From the human T2T-CHM13v2.0 reference genome, Homo sapiens: a stretch of DNA of 64,000 bases. Positions 30,620-44,928 of this stretch are shown here, one piece after another. The notes under the pieces are model-generated. The model made no database searches and was not told where the DNA came from. It saw only the letters and a list, made by a program, of their open reading frames with translations. The DNA is taken from the NCBI RefSeq assembly GCF_009914755.1, contig NC_060935.1, one strand, 5' to 3'. Position 1 is the first letter of the stretch; each line of letters opens with the position of its first letter. Made by a program: the position numbers and the translations under genes.

Positions 30620-30790
30620 ACTCTATGATCTACCTGCTTGGGCCCATGTCCGCTGTCACATCGTGCCAGATTTTCCACCTGTAAAAGGAAGATAACAATA
30701 GTAACTACCATGGCATGTTTTGAAGATTGAATAATTTGATATATGTGAAGCTCTCAGAATAGAACCTGACACATAGTAAAGTTACTAAAA
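30620..30790 (+). mobile_element. MIR fragment
   Basis: CCACCTGTAAAAGGAAGATAACAATAGTAACTACC...GAAGATTGAATAA...GAACCTGACACATAGTAAA. Confidence 0.65.
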
Positions 30791-31067
30791 TATCACTGCA
30801 TGTTGGATAAAGATACAGCTTTTGTTTAAAGGTAAAGAATGAATTGTAAGGGCTTTTGACCGTTGATATGGAGGTACCATCGGTATTCAGATGGCCAGGA
30901 AAGACAGGTAAAGTTATTTCACCAACCCATTGGAGGGCAAAACTAAAACATCAGCTGAGGCTCGCTGAGAATTGCTGACTTGAAACGAGATAGGAGAGCT
31001 CATACAAGTCTAAATTCCCAAACCCTGTAAAAAGTAATAACCTTTTCTGAGAACTTGGCATTTTCAG

Positions 31068-31509
31068 GGCTGCGTTTGCCTGTTTTGCATTGCTATAAAG
31101 GAATACCTTACACTGGGTAATTTATAAATAAAAGAGGTTTATTTGGCTCATGGTTCTGCAGGCTGCATAAGCGTGGCATCAGTATCTGCTCAGCTTCCGG
31201 GGAGTTCTCAGGAAGCTTCCAGTCAAGGCAGAAGGCAAAGGAGGAGCAGGCACATGACACAGTGAGAGCTGAAGCAGGAAAGAGGAAGAAAGAGGAAGGA
31301 GGGAGGCCCCAGACTCTTTTAAACAACCAGATCTCACATGAACCAACAGAGTGAGAACTCACATTGCTGCAAGGACAGCAGGAAGCCATCATGAGGGATC
31401 CGCCCCAGGACCCAGACACTAAAGAAAAGTGTCATCAGGCTCCACTTCCAAATCTGGGGATCACATTTCAACATGAGATTTGGAGGAGACAAACATCCAA
31501 ACTATATCG
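31068..31509 (-). mobile_element. MaLR solo LTR, MSTA/MSTB-like
   Basis: TTGCATTGCTATAAAGGAATACC..CTGGGTAATTTATAAATAAAAGAGGTTTATTTGGCTCATGGTTCTGCAGGCTG ... TTTCAACATGAGATTTGGAGGAGACAAACATCCAAACTATATC. Confidence 0.9.
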
Positions 31510-33814
31510 GGATCATTTTAAATGTATATATACTTCCCTTATTCATGAACTGACTCTAGAATTTAATGCTCTTGTAAACAGTATTTCTTCTATAAAACAG
31601 TACTTGTCATGATAAATGTAAATAATTGATTTATTAATATTAAATAAATATAAAGCACTTAAAATGATGCCAAGCACATGGTCATTGCTATAAGAAATTT
31701 AGTAATGATTATTGTTATCCCCATTTTACAAATTGAAGCATATAGATGCTGAATAATACAATCCATCCCAGTTATCTGTCTTAAAACTCTGGGATCTTAT
31801 CCACTTTGCTCCATTTCAAAAGATACAGTAAATAAAAGTAGAGCGCCTGGTTGAAGTTGGCTGATCACTGGCCCCTCAACTGCCCCCTGATTCTGCAACT
31901 CCTGAGTGAACTCTGTGGCCCAATAGTATTCTATGGAGCACAGTTTGAAAATCCATAGAGCTTGATGATCCTTCTAGTTCCAAAATCCTATGATCACCAG
32001 TAAGATCTGGGCAAATCCAGTCCTATCCCCTACCCAGGTGGCTATTGGCAAGATGGCTGCTCTGACATAGGTATTCAGGTAGCCACCTTAAAATAAAATT
32101 TCTTTCTGTAAGCTACACAGGTTTAATCTATATCCTTAGAACAGATAAAGATAGCAATTGGTATTCCAAGCTGTCATCCCATCTAGACCAGGATCCGCTC
32201 TTTAGCCGCAGAAGCCAAAGAAATGTGGCAAATGTTCCATCACCCTCATCTCTACTGGGTCTTCCCTGGAAATTTCTGAGAAAGAAAGATGTGGTTAAAG
32301 AGGCTCAGCTGTGTAGATATCAGGGGCAAAGAAGAAAATGATGCAGTTTATCAATGCTTGTTAGACTTGGCCCTTGGAAAAGTATAGAACCTCCCAGTAG
32401 TTGGGAAGAAGTCCTTGCCATCTGCTCCCTTACATAGTTCTTTTACATTTTTTTCCTGTCAGCCAAAAGTTCCTTGACTTTAGCTCTCCAAGAAGGACTT
32501 AACCCTGTACCCAAAAGCCACTGTAGGAATTACCACTCTATTTGCCCATCTGGCAGCCCCTGAACCAAATCTGTTGACAGCTGGGATTATTGACTCATTA
32601 TTTTGTAACTTTTATCACTGACCAATGGACACATGATCCTGCCATGTTGATAAAGGGAATGGGACAGGAGATTTCTCTAGGGGGGGGGCCACAGGGGGAC
32701 ACTCCTGGTTTGTCCCTGTGGCAGCATCCTGATGTTTAGAAGAATTATAGAAAGTTAATTTAGGAGGACTGACATGCCATTTTAATGCAGGCAAACTAAT
32801 CTGTAAAAAGTCACCCACCCACATGTTAAGTACCTGAACTCCTGGCTGGATCTGGGTCTGGAGTTACACAAGACCACGTGGCCACAAAGAAGGAGCCCAA
32901 AGCCAAGTGGCATGAAGCCAAGGGAGAGTGAAAGGGCATCTGGGGGAAGGATGGAAGCAACTGAGCTGTCCCATTAACAATGCTATCCACGGGGCCTGGA
33001 AAGAGAAGTAAAAAAATTAGAAGTACAAGGTGCAGGATGGAAATCTCCAAACAGGTCTTGGAACAAAGGGGAGGAGGCAAGTCCTGGAAGGAGACCCTGA
33101 GCTGCTTAAGGGAACCTCAGGGGCCTTCTATAGAGAGGCTGCACCTCGCCTGAGGAGGGTGGCAGCAGCAGTTCAAGGTCACTGAGCTGGCGGAGACATG
33201 ATGGGCCCAACAGAAAGGGAGATGGCCTGAGGAGAGGGGTGATTTGCTCAGAGCCTTCTTTGCAATGCATTCCTCCTGGTTTTTATTTCAGCATGAAAGC
33301 TTCCAGGGAAGCTGGGATGAAAACGTGCAATGGGTTTGCTACACACAGCTATTTGTATCTGTTCTGAGCATCAGGGAGTGGATAAAGAAGAAAGAATGAA
33401 TACAAAGGGGTACCAAGGAAGAAATGGGGCCAGGGTCAAGCTATAATTTTCTGGCCTGAGTAGAATATCTGTGGCCTGGGGGTTCCAGAAAATGATTCAC
33501 AAAACTAACACACTTTGACCATGCAGGTTATTGTCAACTCTTATTTAAGGCAAAATGTGGTTTCTTTTCCTCTAATGGTTTCTATCTCTTGAATTTTTAT
33601 TCTCTTTCAAATCTAGTTGATATTCTTGAGAGAAATATTCTTGATATAAAACTATTTAAAGCAGTTATAGAAGGAAAAGGTTGGGGAAAGGTTGTCCTTC
33701 CGAACTGGGACAGCCTCTTACAACCTGGGCCCTCTGCAGGACACAGTGGTGGAGCTGCGAGCTTCACCAGGTGCTGACTTGGTCCTCGCCCAGTGCTATG
33801 ACTTGTCGGCTCGG

Positions 33815-34170
33815 TTTCAGTTAGGAATGCTCCCAATGAATGTTTCAAAGACCCTGACTACAGTGGCTTAAGCAAATGGAAAAAAACGCCTTTCTTCTAT
33901 AATGTGCACTCCCAGGTGAATGGGTGGATGTTCACAGGCTCAACTACATCAGCACCCAAGTCTTTCAAGTCTCTCTGTTTTGTTTTCCCCATTTTATGCT
34001 TTGAGCCACATGCCCTTACTCCAGGAGAAAGAGGGCAAGAGAAAAGGGCAGCTCCTAATATCCGGATATTAAAGGCTTTCTTAGAACCCCACAGCAGGCA
34101 TCTGCTTACATCTCACTGGCCAGACTATGCCACATGCCTGAAGAGGGCAGAGGAACTGCATGTGACTTGA
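33815..34170 (-). mobile_element. Old MaLR LTR (MLT1J/K-like)
   Basis: TCAGTTAGGAATGC...GACTACAGTGGCTTAAGCAAA and CTGCTTACATCTCACTGGCCAGACTATGCCACATGCC. Confidence 0.55.
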
Positions 34171-34247
34171 GCCACTCAATGAAGTCAGCCTCAGAGCACA
34201 ATAAATACCTGGGGAGAGTCAGGAAGAGAAAGAGCAAAAAAGGGAAT

Positions 34248-34343
34248 CAGGAGAGGGAGGAGAAGAGGAGGAAAGGAAGAGAGAGAGAGAGAGGAAGGAA
34301 GGAAGGAAGGAAGGAAGGAAGGAAAGAAGGAAGGAAGGAAGGA

Positions 34344-34391
<48 letters not shown>

Positions 34392-34465
34392 AAGGAGGGA
34401 GGGAAGGAGGGAGGGAGGGAGGGGGAGGAGAAGAAGGAGGAGGAGGAGGAGAAGGAAGGAAGGAA
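34248..34465. repeat. Compound purine-rich STR (GA)n(GGAA)8 AGAA (GGAA)4(GGCA)11(GGGA/GGA)n
   Basis: Read directly: GGAA run 34293-34344, GGCA run 34345-34388. Confidence 0.95.
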
Positions 34466-35003
34466 TGAGTTCAGTGTTTGAGGGCAGGAAGCATCCAGCA
34501 CGGGAGAAAGGGAGGGAGGAGAAAGAAAGGTAGTGTCGGGGCAGGAAAGAAGGGAAGGGAAGGAGTCTGGGCTTTAATTAAAAAGAAATGAATTGAAGTT
34601 TCAGACCTATTGTTAACTAACCGTGGGGACTTGAGAAAGTTAAAGTCTTTGAGCCACATTCTTTTTCATTTATAAAGTGGAGATACTTATATTTAATCCA
34701 CAGGTATTTTATGCAGATTAAATATTTAGAGTATGTAAACAAACGTTGTAAACTGTCCTGTAGGGCTAAGCATTTTAACAAAAACATTGATCCAATATGA
34801 AAGCGTGATTGGTGACAGTCACTTGGCACTTCAGGTTAATTTCCAGGAGAAATTTCAGTGTGGTTTGGGCTTGAAAAACCTCTGCCCCAAGATGTGACAT
34901 ACAAGTGAAATATACACTATACCCCTCTATGATAATTTCAGGTATTGATTTTACACAGGCAGAACTGAATTGCAGACATCTTAATGAGGATCATGGTGCA
35001 GAA

Positions 35004-35022
35004 GGGGCACTAGATGGCAGCA
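35004..35022 (+). promoter_or_regulatory. CTCF-like motif
   Basis: GGGGCACTAGATGGCAGCA matches CCACTAGATGGCAG except at the first C. Confidence 0.55.
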
Positions 35023-35058
35023 AAGTTCTATGTTGGGATTTCCCAGGGGTGCTAATCA

Positions 35059-35419
<361 letters not shown>

Positions 35420-36280
35420 TTATGCTTATTTCTCTTTGCAGACATCTCACACTCTTGTGTTTGTCTTCTCTGGAGGTGAAAGTCAGCCATCTCAGTAGAA
35501 ACTTATATTTGAGGCTTAATTAGGGAAAATTAGGAGCTTAGGCATAAAACCTTAGCCAGTTACTGATACGTGGCAGTTTCATTACCTGGAAAATGGGAAT
35601 CATAACAGTATTAATATCTATGTCTTGGAGACTTGTGACATTTAAATAAAATCATGTCTGTAAAGAACTTTGCGCAGTTTTGGGGGTAAAGCAGACAGGA
35701 TGTTGGTAATTTCTGCTCACCTTTCTCTTCTTTGGGTCCTTTTGTTAAGAGAACACTGATGAGGCTTCTCTTCTAGGGACCTGGGTGTTGCGCATGGGTG
35801 AGGAAGAGACACTGGATGGCTCAGTGTGATTATGGCCTAGAGAAAGTGTGGAGGAGGATCATGAGCTGGAAAGTGCTGGAAGATGAGAGGTCTAGGGCCC
35901 CAAGGTGAGAGGCCAGCACCTAAGGACAGACCGAGAGAGAGAACCATCCCCATTCACTCAGATGGCTGGGAAAATTGAAGAACAAGGGTATCTTATAATT
36001 AATTTTCAGTTGTTTATTGTACTATTATATCACACTCTTCCTATCTCTGAAACTTAAACAGAGGTGTCTTGCACACCCACCAGCATCACTAGTGCTTTTC
36101 ATCCCACACTGCATGGGGCACAGAGAGGTGACGGCCATACGCATCAACGAGGGAGAGTTAATAGTAGAGGCAGGCAGTAGAGCAGATGGACTTTTCCAGG
36201 GGTCTGCAGAAATTCCAGGACTTAATATGGGGCTCATATAATCTTTACCTAATATGTTGTGGTGCATTTAAAATACATTA

Positions 36281-38500
<2,220 letters not shown>

Positions 38501-38509
38501 TTGACCACT

Positions 38510-38957
38510 TGTGATGGTGAATATTGAATGTCAACTTGATTGGATTGAAGGGTGCAAAGTACTGTTTCTAGGTGTGTCTGTGAGGGTGCTGCCACAGGAG
38601 ATGAGCATTTGAGTCAGTGCACTGGGAGAGGCAGACCCACTGTCAATCTTGGTGGGCACCATCTAATCAGCTGCCAGCACAGCTAGTATAAAGCAGGCAG
38701 AAGAATGTGAAAAAATTAGACTGGCTTAGCCTCCCAGCCTACATCTTTCTCCCGTGCTGGATGCTTCCTGCCCTCAAACATCGAACTCCAAGTTCAGCTT
38801 TGAGACTCTGACTGGTGTCCTTGCTCCACAGCTTGCAGACAGCCTACTGTGGGACCTCACCTTGTGATCGTGTGAGTTAATACTCCTTAATGAACTCCCC
38901 TTTATGTATACATCTATCCTGTAAATTCTGTCCCTCTAGAGAACCCTGACTAATATA
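38510..38957 (+). mobile_element. MLT2A1/MLT2A2 (HERV-L) solo LTR, complete, perfect 5-bp TSD
   Basis: TGTGATGGTGAATATTGAATGTCAACTTGATTGGATTGAAGG ... GTCCCTCTAGAGAACCCTGACTAATATA. TSD CCACT at 38505-38509 and 38958-38962. Confidence 0.95.
38537..38547 (-). promoter_or_regulatory. DUX4-type motif within MLT2A
   Basis: TGATTGGATTG (reverse complement CAATCCAATCA; consensus TAAYYYAATCA). TATAAA lies downstream at 38687-38692. Confidence 0.6.
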
Positions 38958-39224
38958 CCACTCATACCTCTAATTTCCATTCATCTCTATATGATCTTTT
39001 TCTTCTCCTTGGGATAGAAGTGCACTACACTTTAATTTAAACCTTAAAACAAAGATTGCCCCCCCACCCGCCTGCCACCACCACACAATAAAACCAGAGG
39101 ATGTGTGGCCGATTTGGCAACAAATAATAGATTTACGGTAGCAGAAACATAAAGTCACAGAGCAGGTTAAAACTGGAGAAAAGCAAATAAAAACAGCATT
39201 ATAAATATCTTTCCAATGACTTAT

Positions 39225-40110
39225 GCACTCATTTCAAAAAACATTTTTTCGGAATCTACTGTGTCAAGCACTATTTTAGGTATTGAGATATATCGGTGAA
39301 CAGTTTAAAAGTCTGTCACTTTAAGGAACAGATATTCAAGAGATGTGAGACACACAGCATAACATTAGTACAAAAGATATAATAGGTGCTCATTTTGAAA
39401 ATGCTACATGAAAGATCAAAGCAAAAAAAGGGGCATAGAGGTACCTCAATGGGCGTATTTCCTTATATAGAGGGTTTGGGGTGCAGACCTTTGTGATAAA
39501 CTGATATGTGACCGGAGACCTAGAGGATGTGAAAGAGCAGCCGTGAAGATCTCTGCCTGAGGCTTCCAGGCAAAGGGTGGGTCAAGTGCGTCCTAGAAGG
39601 CTGTGATGGGGGACAGTGAGGGGCTGCTGTGGCTGGAGCCCAGTGACTGGGCAGTGTTAGGAGGAGTTGCAGGAGGCAGTGCAGGGTCGGATCCTACAGT
39701 GCTTTTCACACCTGTAAGAATTTGGCATCAGTGCAAGATGGGAAGCCACGGGAAGATTTTGAGCAGAGACATGCCATTGTCTGACCTGAGTTTCACCATA
39801 GTCACTCCAGCCATTCTGCAGAGGATACACTCACATGGACAAAGGGAAACAGGTCAGTCCAAACAGGGGGCAAGTAGTAGAAACCAGAGATGAACTTGAG
39901 ACTCTCGCAGTCATTCAGAGATGACGTGGTCTGTACTGAGGTTATGGCAAATGTGTGCACTGTCTGTGTAGAGACAGATGTCCAGTCAGCAAGCATTATT
40001 GCATGTCACTATGTGCCAGGGAATGTGATGACTTCTGGGGAATACAAAGATGAGTGAGACACAATCACAGCCCTCACAGAGCTCACAGTCTTTGGAGAAT
40101 GTGGTGGGCA
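39225..40110 (-). mobile_element. L2 fragments
   Basis: CATTTTTTCGGAATCTACTGTGTCAAGCACTATTTTAGGTATTGAGATATA, GGGAAGCCACGGGAAGATTTTGAGCAGAG, and a second terminus CACTATGTGCCAGG..GGGGAATACAAAGATGAG. Confidence 0.7.
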
Positions 40111-40442
40111 AGGCAGACATGCAGGAGTAGGATGAGAGTGTAACCTGATAGGCCCTGAGGCAAGTCAGGAGCAGGCTGAGCCACAGGCTCACGTGTCCAG
40201 TGCTCCATATCCGTGGATCCCTGGACTCAGAGACAGCTTCAGACAGGACATGATTTCTCTTGAAATAGAAAGGAATCAGGAGCAAAGAAAGAGATTCTGG
40301 GGCTCTTGAGTGATAGAGAGAACATCCTTGGCTCTTGAATTTCCAGTTCCAGTCACAGCCCTCATTATGGCTTGCTGAGTCTGTCATTCCCTTGGGTGCC
40401 CATGGAATTGTCTGCCATGGTTTTACAACAAGCTCCCCTTAC

Positions 40443-40780
40443 CTCATCTGCCTTGAGAAAGTTTCTGTACCTTGTAGCCAATGACTCTGGTCTGTGACAT
40501 AGAGAAGATACGAATGCAGAATCAACAGCCTGATGCTGGCCAGGGCATATGCAGGGTTAGCATGGGGTGAAGGCAGGGCTGGTGTCCAGATTTCTGGCCC
40601 AGGTGTGACAGCAACATCATTTGTCAGAAGAAATAGGAAGAAGCTACCGAGTGTGTTCTCAGGTGTAATAAGTTTGAGAAGCCTCCAGGGTGCAGATGGC
40701 ACACCTCGAGCTAAGGGGCCCTGGGTGTGGGAATGAGTTCTGGAAGGCTCCAGTAAGCATTGCCAGTGAAGCTGGGGGAC
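40443..40780 (-). other. Candidate minus-strand exon (338 nt), probably non-coding
   Basis: Acceptor GACTTTTCCTCTACCTGCAG|G and donor GAG|GTAAGG in non-repeat sequence. Confidence 0.25.
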
Positions 40781-40954
40781 CTGCAGGTAGAGGAAAAGTC
40801 AAGCGTGGAACTCCAAAGAATGTCTCGGTTGCACGCAAAAGAAGAGAAGTCAGGAACAAAGAACAGCCAGGAATGAACTAAGACAAACGAGAGAAGGAAT
40901 CCAATAGACACCATGAGAGGAAAGCATTTCCAGGAGGAAAAAAATTCCAATTCC

Positions 40955-41311
40955 CCTTCCTTCTTTCCTTCCTTCCTTCCTTCCTTCCTTCCTTCTTTTC
41001 TTCCTTCCTTCCTTCCTTCTTTTCTTCCTTTTTGGGACGGAGTCTCGCTCTGTCGCCCATGCTGGGGTACGGTGGCACAATCTCGGCTCACTGCAGCCTC
41101 CATCTCGGGTTAAAGCAATTCTTTTGCCTCAGCCCCCCGAGTAGCTGGAATCACAGGTGCAGGCCACCACACCCAGCTAATTTTTTTGTATTTTTAGCAG
41201 AGAGGGGGTTTTACTATGTTGGCCAGCCTGGGAGCTCCTGACCTCAAGTGATCCACCCGCTTCGGCCTCCCAAAGTGCTGGGATTACAGGAGTGAGGCAC
41301 AGTGCCCAGCC
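40955..41311 (-). mobile_element. AluS with a (GGAA)n-converted tail
   Basis: Alu body 41031-41311 and (TTCC)n at 40955-41030. TSD CAATTCC at 40948-40954 and 41312-41318. Confidence 0.92.
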
Positions 41312-41327
41312 CAATTCCTTATACTTT

Positions 41328-41480
41328 AAATGACTCATTTGCCATAGCCCTTTTATTTCATATATTTGTGCAGCGGTCTTAACTCCCCCCCTAAGCTCTT
41401 GCATAGGGGCGGGGACCGCGGGCTCTCTCTGAATAGCAGCCTGAGCTGAATGAGGTTCACGGGGTGGCGAGCCAGCAGAG
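41328..41480. promoter_or_regulatory. Candidate promoter/enhancer: palindromic AP-1 site plus GC box
   Basis: AAATGACTCATTT (41328-41340), GGGGCGGGG (41406-41414) and a local CpG cluster in otherwise CpG-poor DNA. Confidence 0.4.
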
Positions 41481-41650
41481 GGGCTCTGTGAAGGAAAGAT
41501 CCCGAATGCCCCTCTCATTCTGTGCATCCTCAGATGTTATTTTACTGACTGGAATTTTTTAACGGCTAAAACCAGGACAAAATATGCTTAACAATTCAAT
41601 ACATTTTCTTACAAATAAAAGGAGTAAAATAAATGTATATTCTCCTGCAG

Positions 41651-41901
41651 AGCTGATCTGGAAGCGTCCTCACACACCCCTTTGCCACCTGGTGGCATCC
41701 CCGTTTCTCTTGGATTCCTGAGATGTCCACTGATGTTGTTGTCAGAAAGCATTGAACTCTTCCCTCCCACGATGCAGCGTGTCTGGCTGCCTCGGATATT
41801 CACATACCAGTCCAGCTGCCCAGCTCTTTACCCTCTGATTCTTCCCTCCTCCTTCTTCCAAGTCAGAGAGGGACACTGGCTTGTTATCTTTGGGCCCGCA
41901 G
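41651..41901 (+). other. Candidate plus-strand exon (251 nt)
   Basis: Acceptor TTCTCCTGCAG|A and donor CAG|GTAACG in unique, GC-richer sequence. ATG at 41733 stays open through the donor. Confidence 0.3.
41681..41700 (-). promoter_or_regulatory. CTCF motif (near-palindromic)
   Basis: Minus strand GGATGCCACCAGGTGGCAAA contains an exact CCACCAGGTGGCA core. Confidence 0.65.
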
Positions 41902-44849
41902 GTAACGTTTCTACATCGTTCCGGGCCTCACTATTTTTCCCATGTATAGATTAAGGAGATTGTTGTGCTCATCTTTAAATACCCACCTCAAATATTTTCT
42001 CTTCCCTTAGCCTATTCCATCTTCCCTATGGGTCTGCCCCGAGAGCTGCTTCTGTGTTCCCAGCGCAACTGAGTATGGTGGCTGTCTCAGCCCTTACCAC
42101 AGGGCACTGTGAGAGATTGCTGGCCTGTGTCCTCTCTCGATCAGTGAGCTCCTTGGATTCAGTAACCACGTCTTACATGTCTTTAAATCCCAATGATCTG
42201 GTTAAATGCCTGATGTCCAGATGCTGTTCCAGAAATGTCAACGCACTGGACCGACATTGGTCCAAGAGGTCACGAATGTACCTTCTTATCCTAAGTGCCC
42301 TGCTTTTCCTAATTCTTAATGCAAAGTCAGCTATGTGTCTCTCTATTTTTTTTTTTATTGTATGAACAGCGTAAAATGTCATGGAAATTTTGTTCTGCAT
42401 CTTATCTTATTCATCTTGGTTCACTTCCTTTTATTACACAAAACTTTCATGGTCATGTGGTAAGATATTACTCCACTCTTACAGAGGGTTAGCGTTAAAG
42501 AAATAAGCAAAGGAAATGTCAAAGGTATTCTGGGAATTTAACTCAAATTATTGTCCTTCCTCATGTTGACCCCTAGGGTGAGCAAGGACTGTACAATACA
42601 AAACAATGAATAAACAAATACCAAGGCCACATCCGTGGTATACAGTGGAAAGTGTGGTGTATATGACCTGTGTGTGGTGTATATATGTGGTGTATAAGAA
42701 GGTGTAGTGTATGTGGCTTGTGTGTAGAGGACTTTCAATATCTCTGGCTGTTCTGCTCAGGGATACCCTTTATAGCCAATTCCAAGTGCATATAGAGCTT
42801 CAAAATCCCCAGGCAATACCACCCGTGTTAAATATCCTCTGACCAAGGGAGAGTATAGGCTCTGTGTGTAAGCTTGGAGTGGCTCGCCAAGATCATCTGT
42901 GTACAATCGTGTCATTTTTCATAAACTTTTTCTGAGTCCTGAGGAAGAAACAGCCTTGTGGCCACCATCCATCATTTCTAAAGCTAGCAGCAAAGCCATC
43001 CTTGGCAAGACTCCTGCTCTCTAAGCCAAACCACCAACAGCTACTCTTTCACACAAGACTTCCTGGCCTAACCTACACTCTGCTAACCACACAGGCGACG
43101 CCCTTCATGACTGTGTTGCAAGGCAGTCATCGCCAGGGTGCAGGCAGCTGGGGACAGAAGGCATATGAAACCAATTTCAATGTGTGGGCAGTAATTTGTA
43201 GAGCTTTTGTGGAGTGTGAATTGTGACAGAGGGTAGGGATGGGCTTAACACGGGTCAAAAATGGATGGTCTTTGTAAGAACAAGTTGGGGAAATGCGTGA
43301 GGATTTTATGGGGTAATTTTTATGTAATACTTTATTATCCTTTTCACACATATATTAGAAATTGTTGAAGCCATCCCTTCGCCCTCCATATTTGCATAGC
43401 ATTTTATGTATTTTATATTATTTATTACGATCTTTCATGAATTAGTAATGTATATGCCAGTTTTCCCTGGTAGACCTAGTAGGAGAGGCATTACCATTCA
43501 TCTATTTGTATCACTTCCACAGTGTCTGGAATAGTGACTGATTTTTGAGTGCCTTTTTAACATGAGTGACATTTTCCATGCTTAATTGATATATGTTTAA
43601 CTTACTTAATTTCATTATTAAAATAAAGGTAAAGCACAAAACAAAGCGACACTTATTATAAGAAGTCGATGAGCAAAAGTAATCAATTCCAGAGGTTTTG
43701 AAGAATACATTCTGACTCTTGGTGATCATTTGTGTGTCATTTGATGAACATGTTTTGGATGACAGTTGAGATTTTTATGTCATTCAGTTTAATTAGCACT
43801 TCCATGTAGACTTTCATTTTAATAAATGTCAATCTTTTTTTTCTAAAATATTAACAGTACAAGGAAAGAAAGAGACAAAAGTAATAAAACCACAAATAGG
43901 ACGACCGAGCTGGAGCTCAGCCATCTAACAGATGTTCCCATGCCAGCATCAACCTGGCTTCTCTCACAGCCAGATCGAAATCAGTCTTTACTTTCCACAT
44001 GGACAGGAAGGTAAATATTCAGATAATGTGCAGAAGAAAGATTTAGCTGTGATATGATTTGAGGCTCAGGGAGCCTGGAAACAACTGATTATTGAAGCAG
44101 AGAGTGTTGAAATAACATGTTGTTTTAAAATTCTTCAGTGGGAGACTAATATTTCAACACATTTGAATGACTTCCTTGCAGCAAAATGCTTAGGCTTAAA
44201 ACATGAAGCTGGATAAGTAACAGGAGCTTCCAAGAGAAAAATCACTCAACTTATATATACTCCATGGCCAAGAAATTCAGGGTCCGTAGTTAGACACGTT
44301 CCCAGCAAGCCCACCTCATGTTGTCTGTTCTCAAGAGGGATGACTTTGGGTTGGACCTACTTTTCAAATAAAACTGTTAGGTTAGTGAGAGACAAATTTC
44401 AGATTCCTAGTTTCTCATGATGCAATGACTGAGGAAATTAATGTTTAAATGACAAAATTTGATTTTCTGACAATTAGGGAAATAAAGATAAATACTTCTA
44501 TCCAACCCCTACACAAATCCATACATTGATTGTACAGTGATTTAGTGAGTGCCTACATGAAATAAGTCTTGTGGCTAGAGTTTCATCTACTGAATTTAAG
44601 TGATGAATCAGTTGCATAAAATTAGAAATCCTCTAATTTGAGTAGAGAGAATATGATCTTCATTTTTATAATGAAATTGCTCGGTGGGGGGAACTACACT
44701 TATTAGATCAATGCCCATAACCAGAATGTTGGTTTTTTCCCAACATTTATTAATTCTTTACTTACTGTAAGACATATTATTATTTTGGCTTTTGTTTGCA
44801 CGACCTTTTGTTTCTTTTAAAATTATTTTTTAATGTATTGTTAATATTA

Positions 44850-44928
44850 TTTTTGATTGACAAAACATAAATATATACATTTATAGAGTACAATGTGATA
44901 TTTGGATATACGTACACAATGTGGAATG
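44850..44928 (-). mobile_element. L1MA 3'-terminal fragment
   Basis: TTTTGATTGACAAAACATAAATATATACATTTATAGAGTACAATGTGATATTTGGATATACGTACACAATGTGGAATG. Confidence 0.65.

Noticed and set aside
34293-34388. Resemblance to forensic STR D2S1338 ([GGAA]n[GGCA]n)
   Set aside because: The flanks do not match what I recall for that marker; a shared motif alone is not identity.
34134-34501. 115-aa GRKE/GRQA ORF and its antisense PSFL/PACL ORF
   Set aside because: Translations of the GGAA/GGCA STR. The same applies to the ORFs at 40711-41113.
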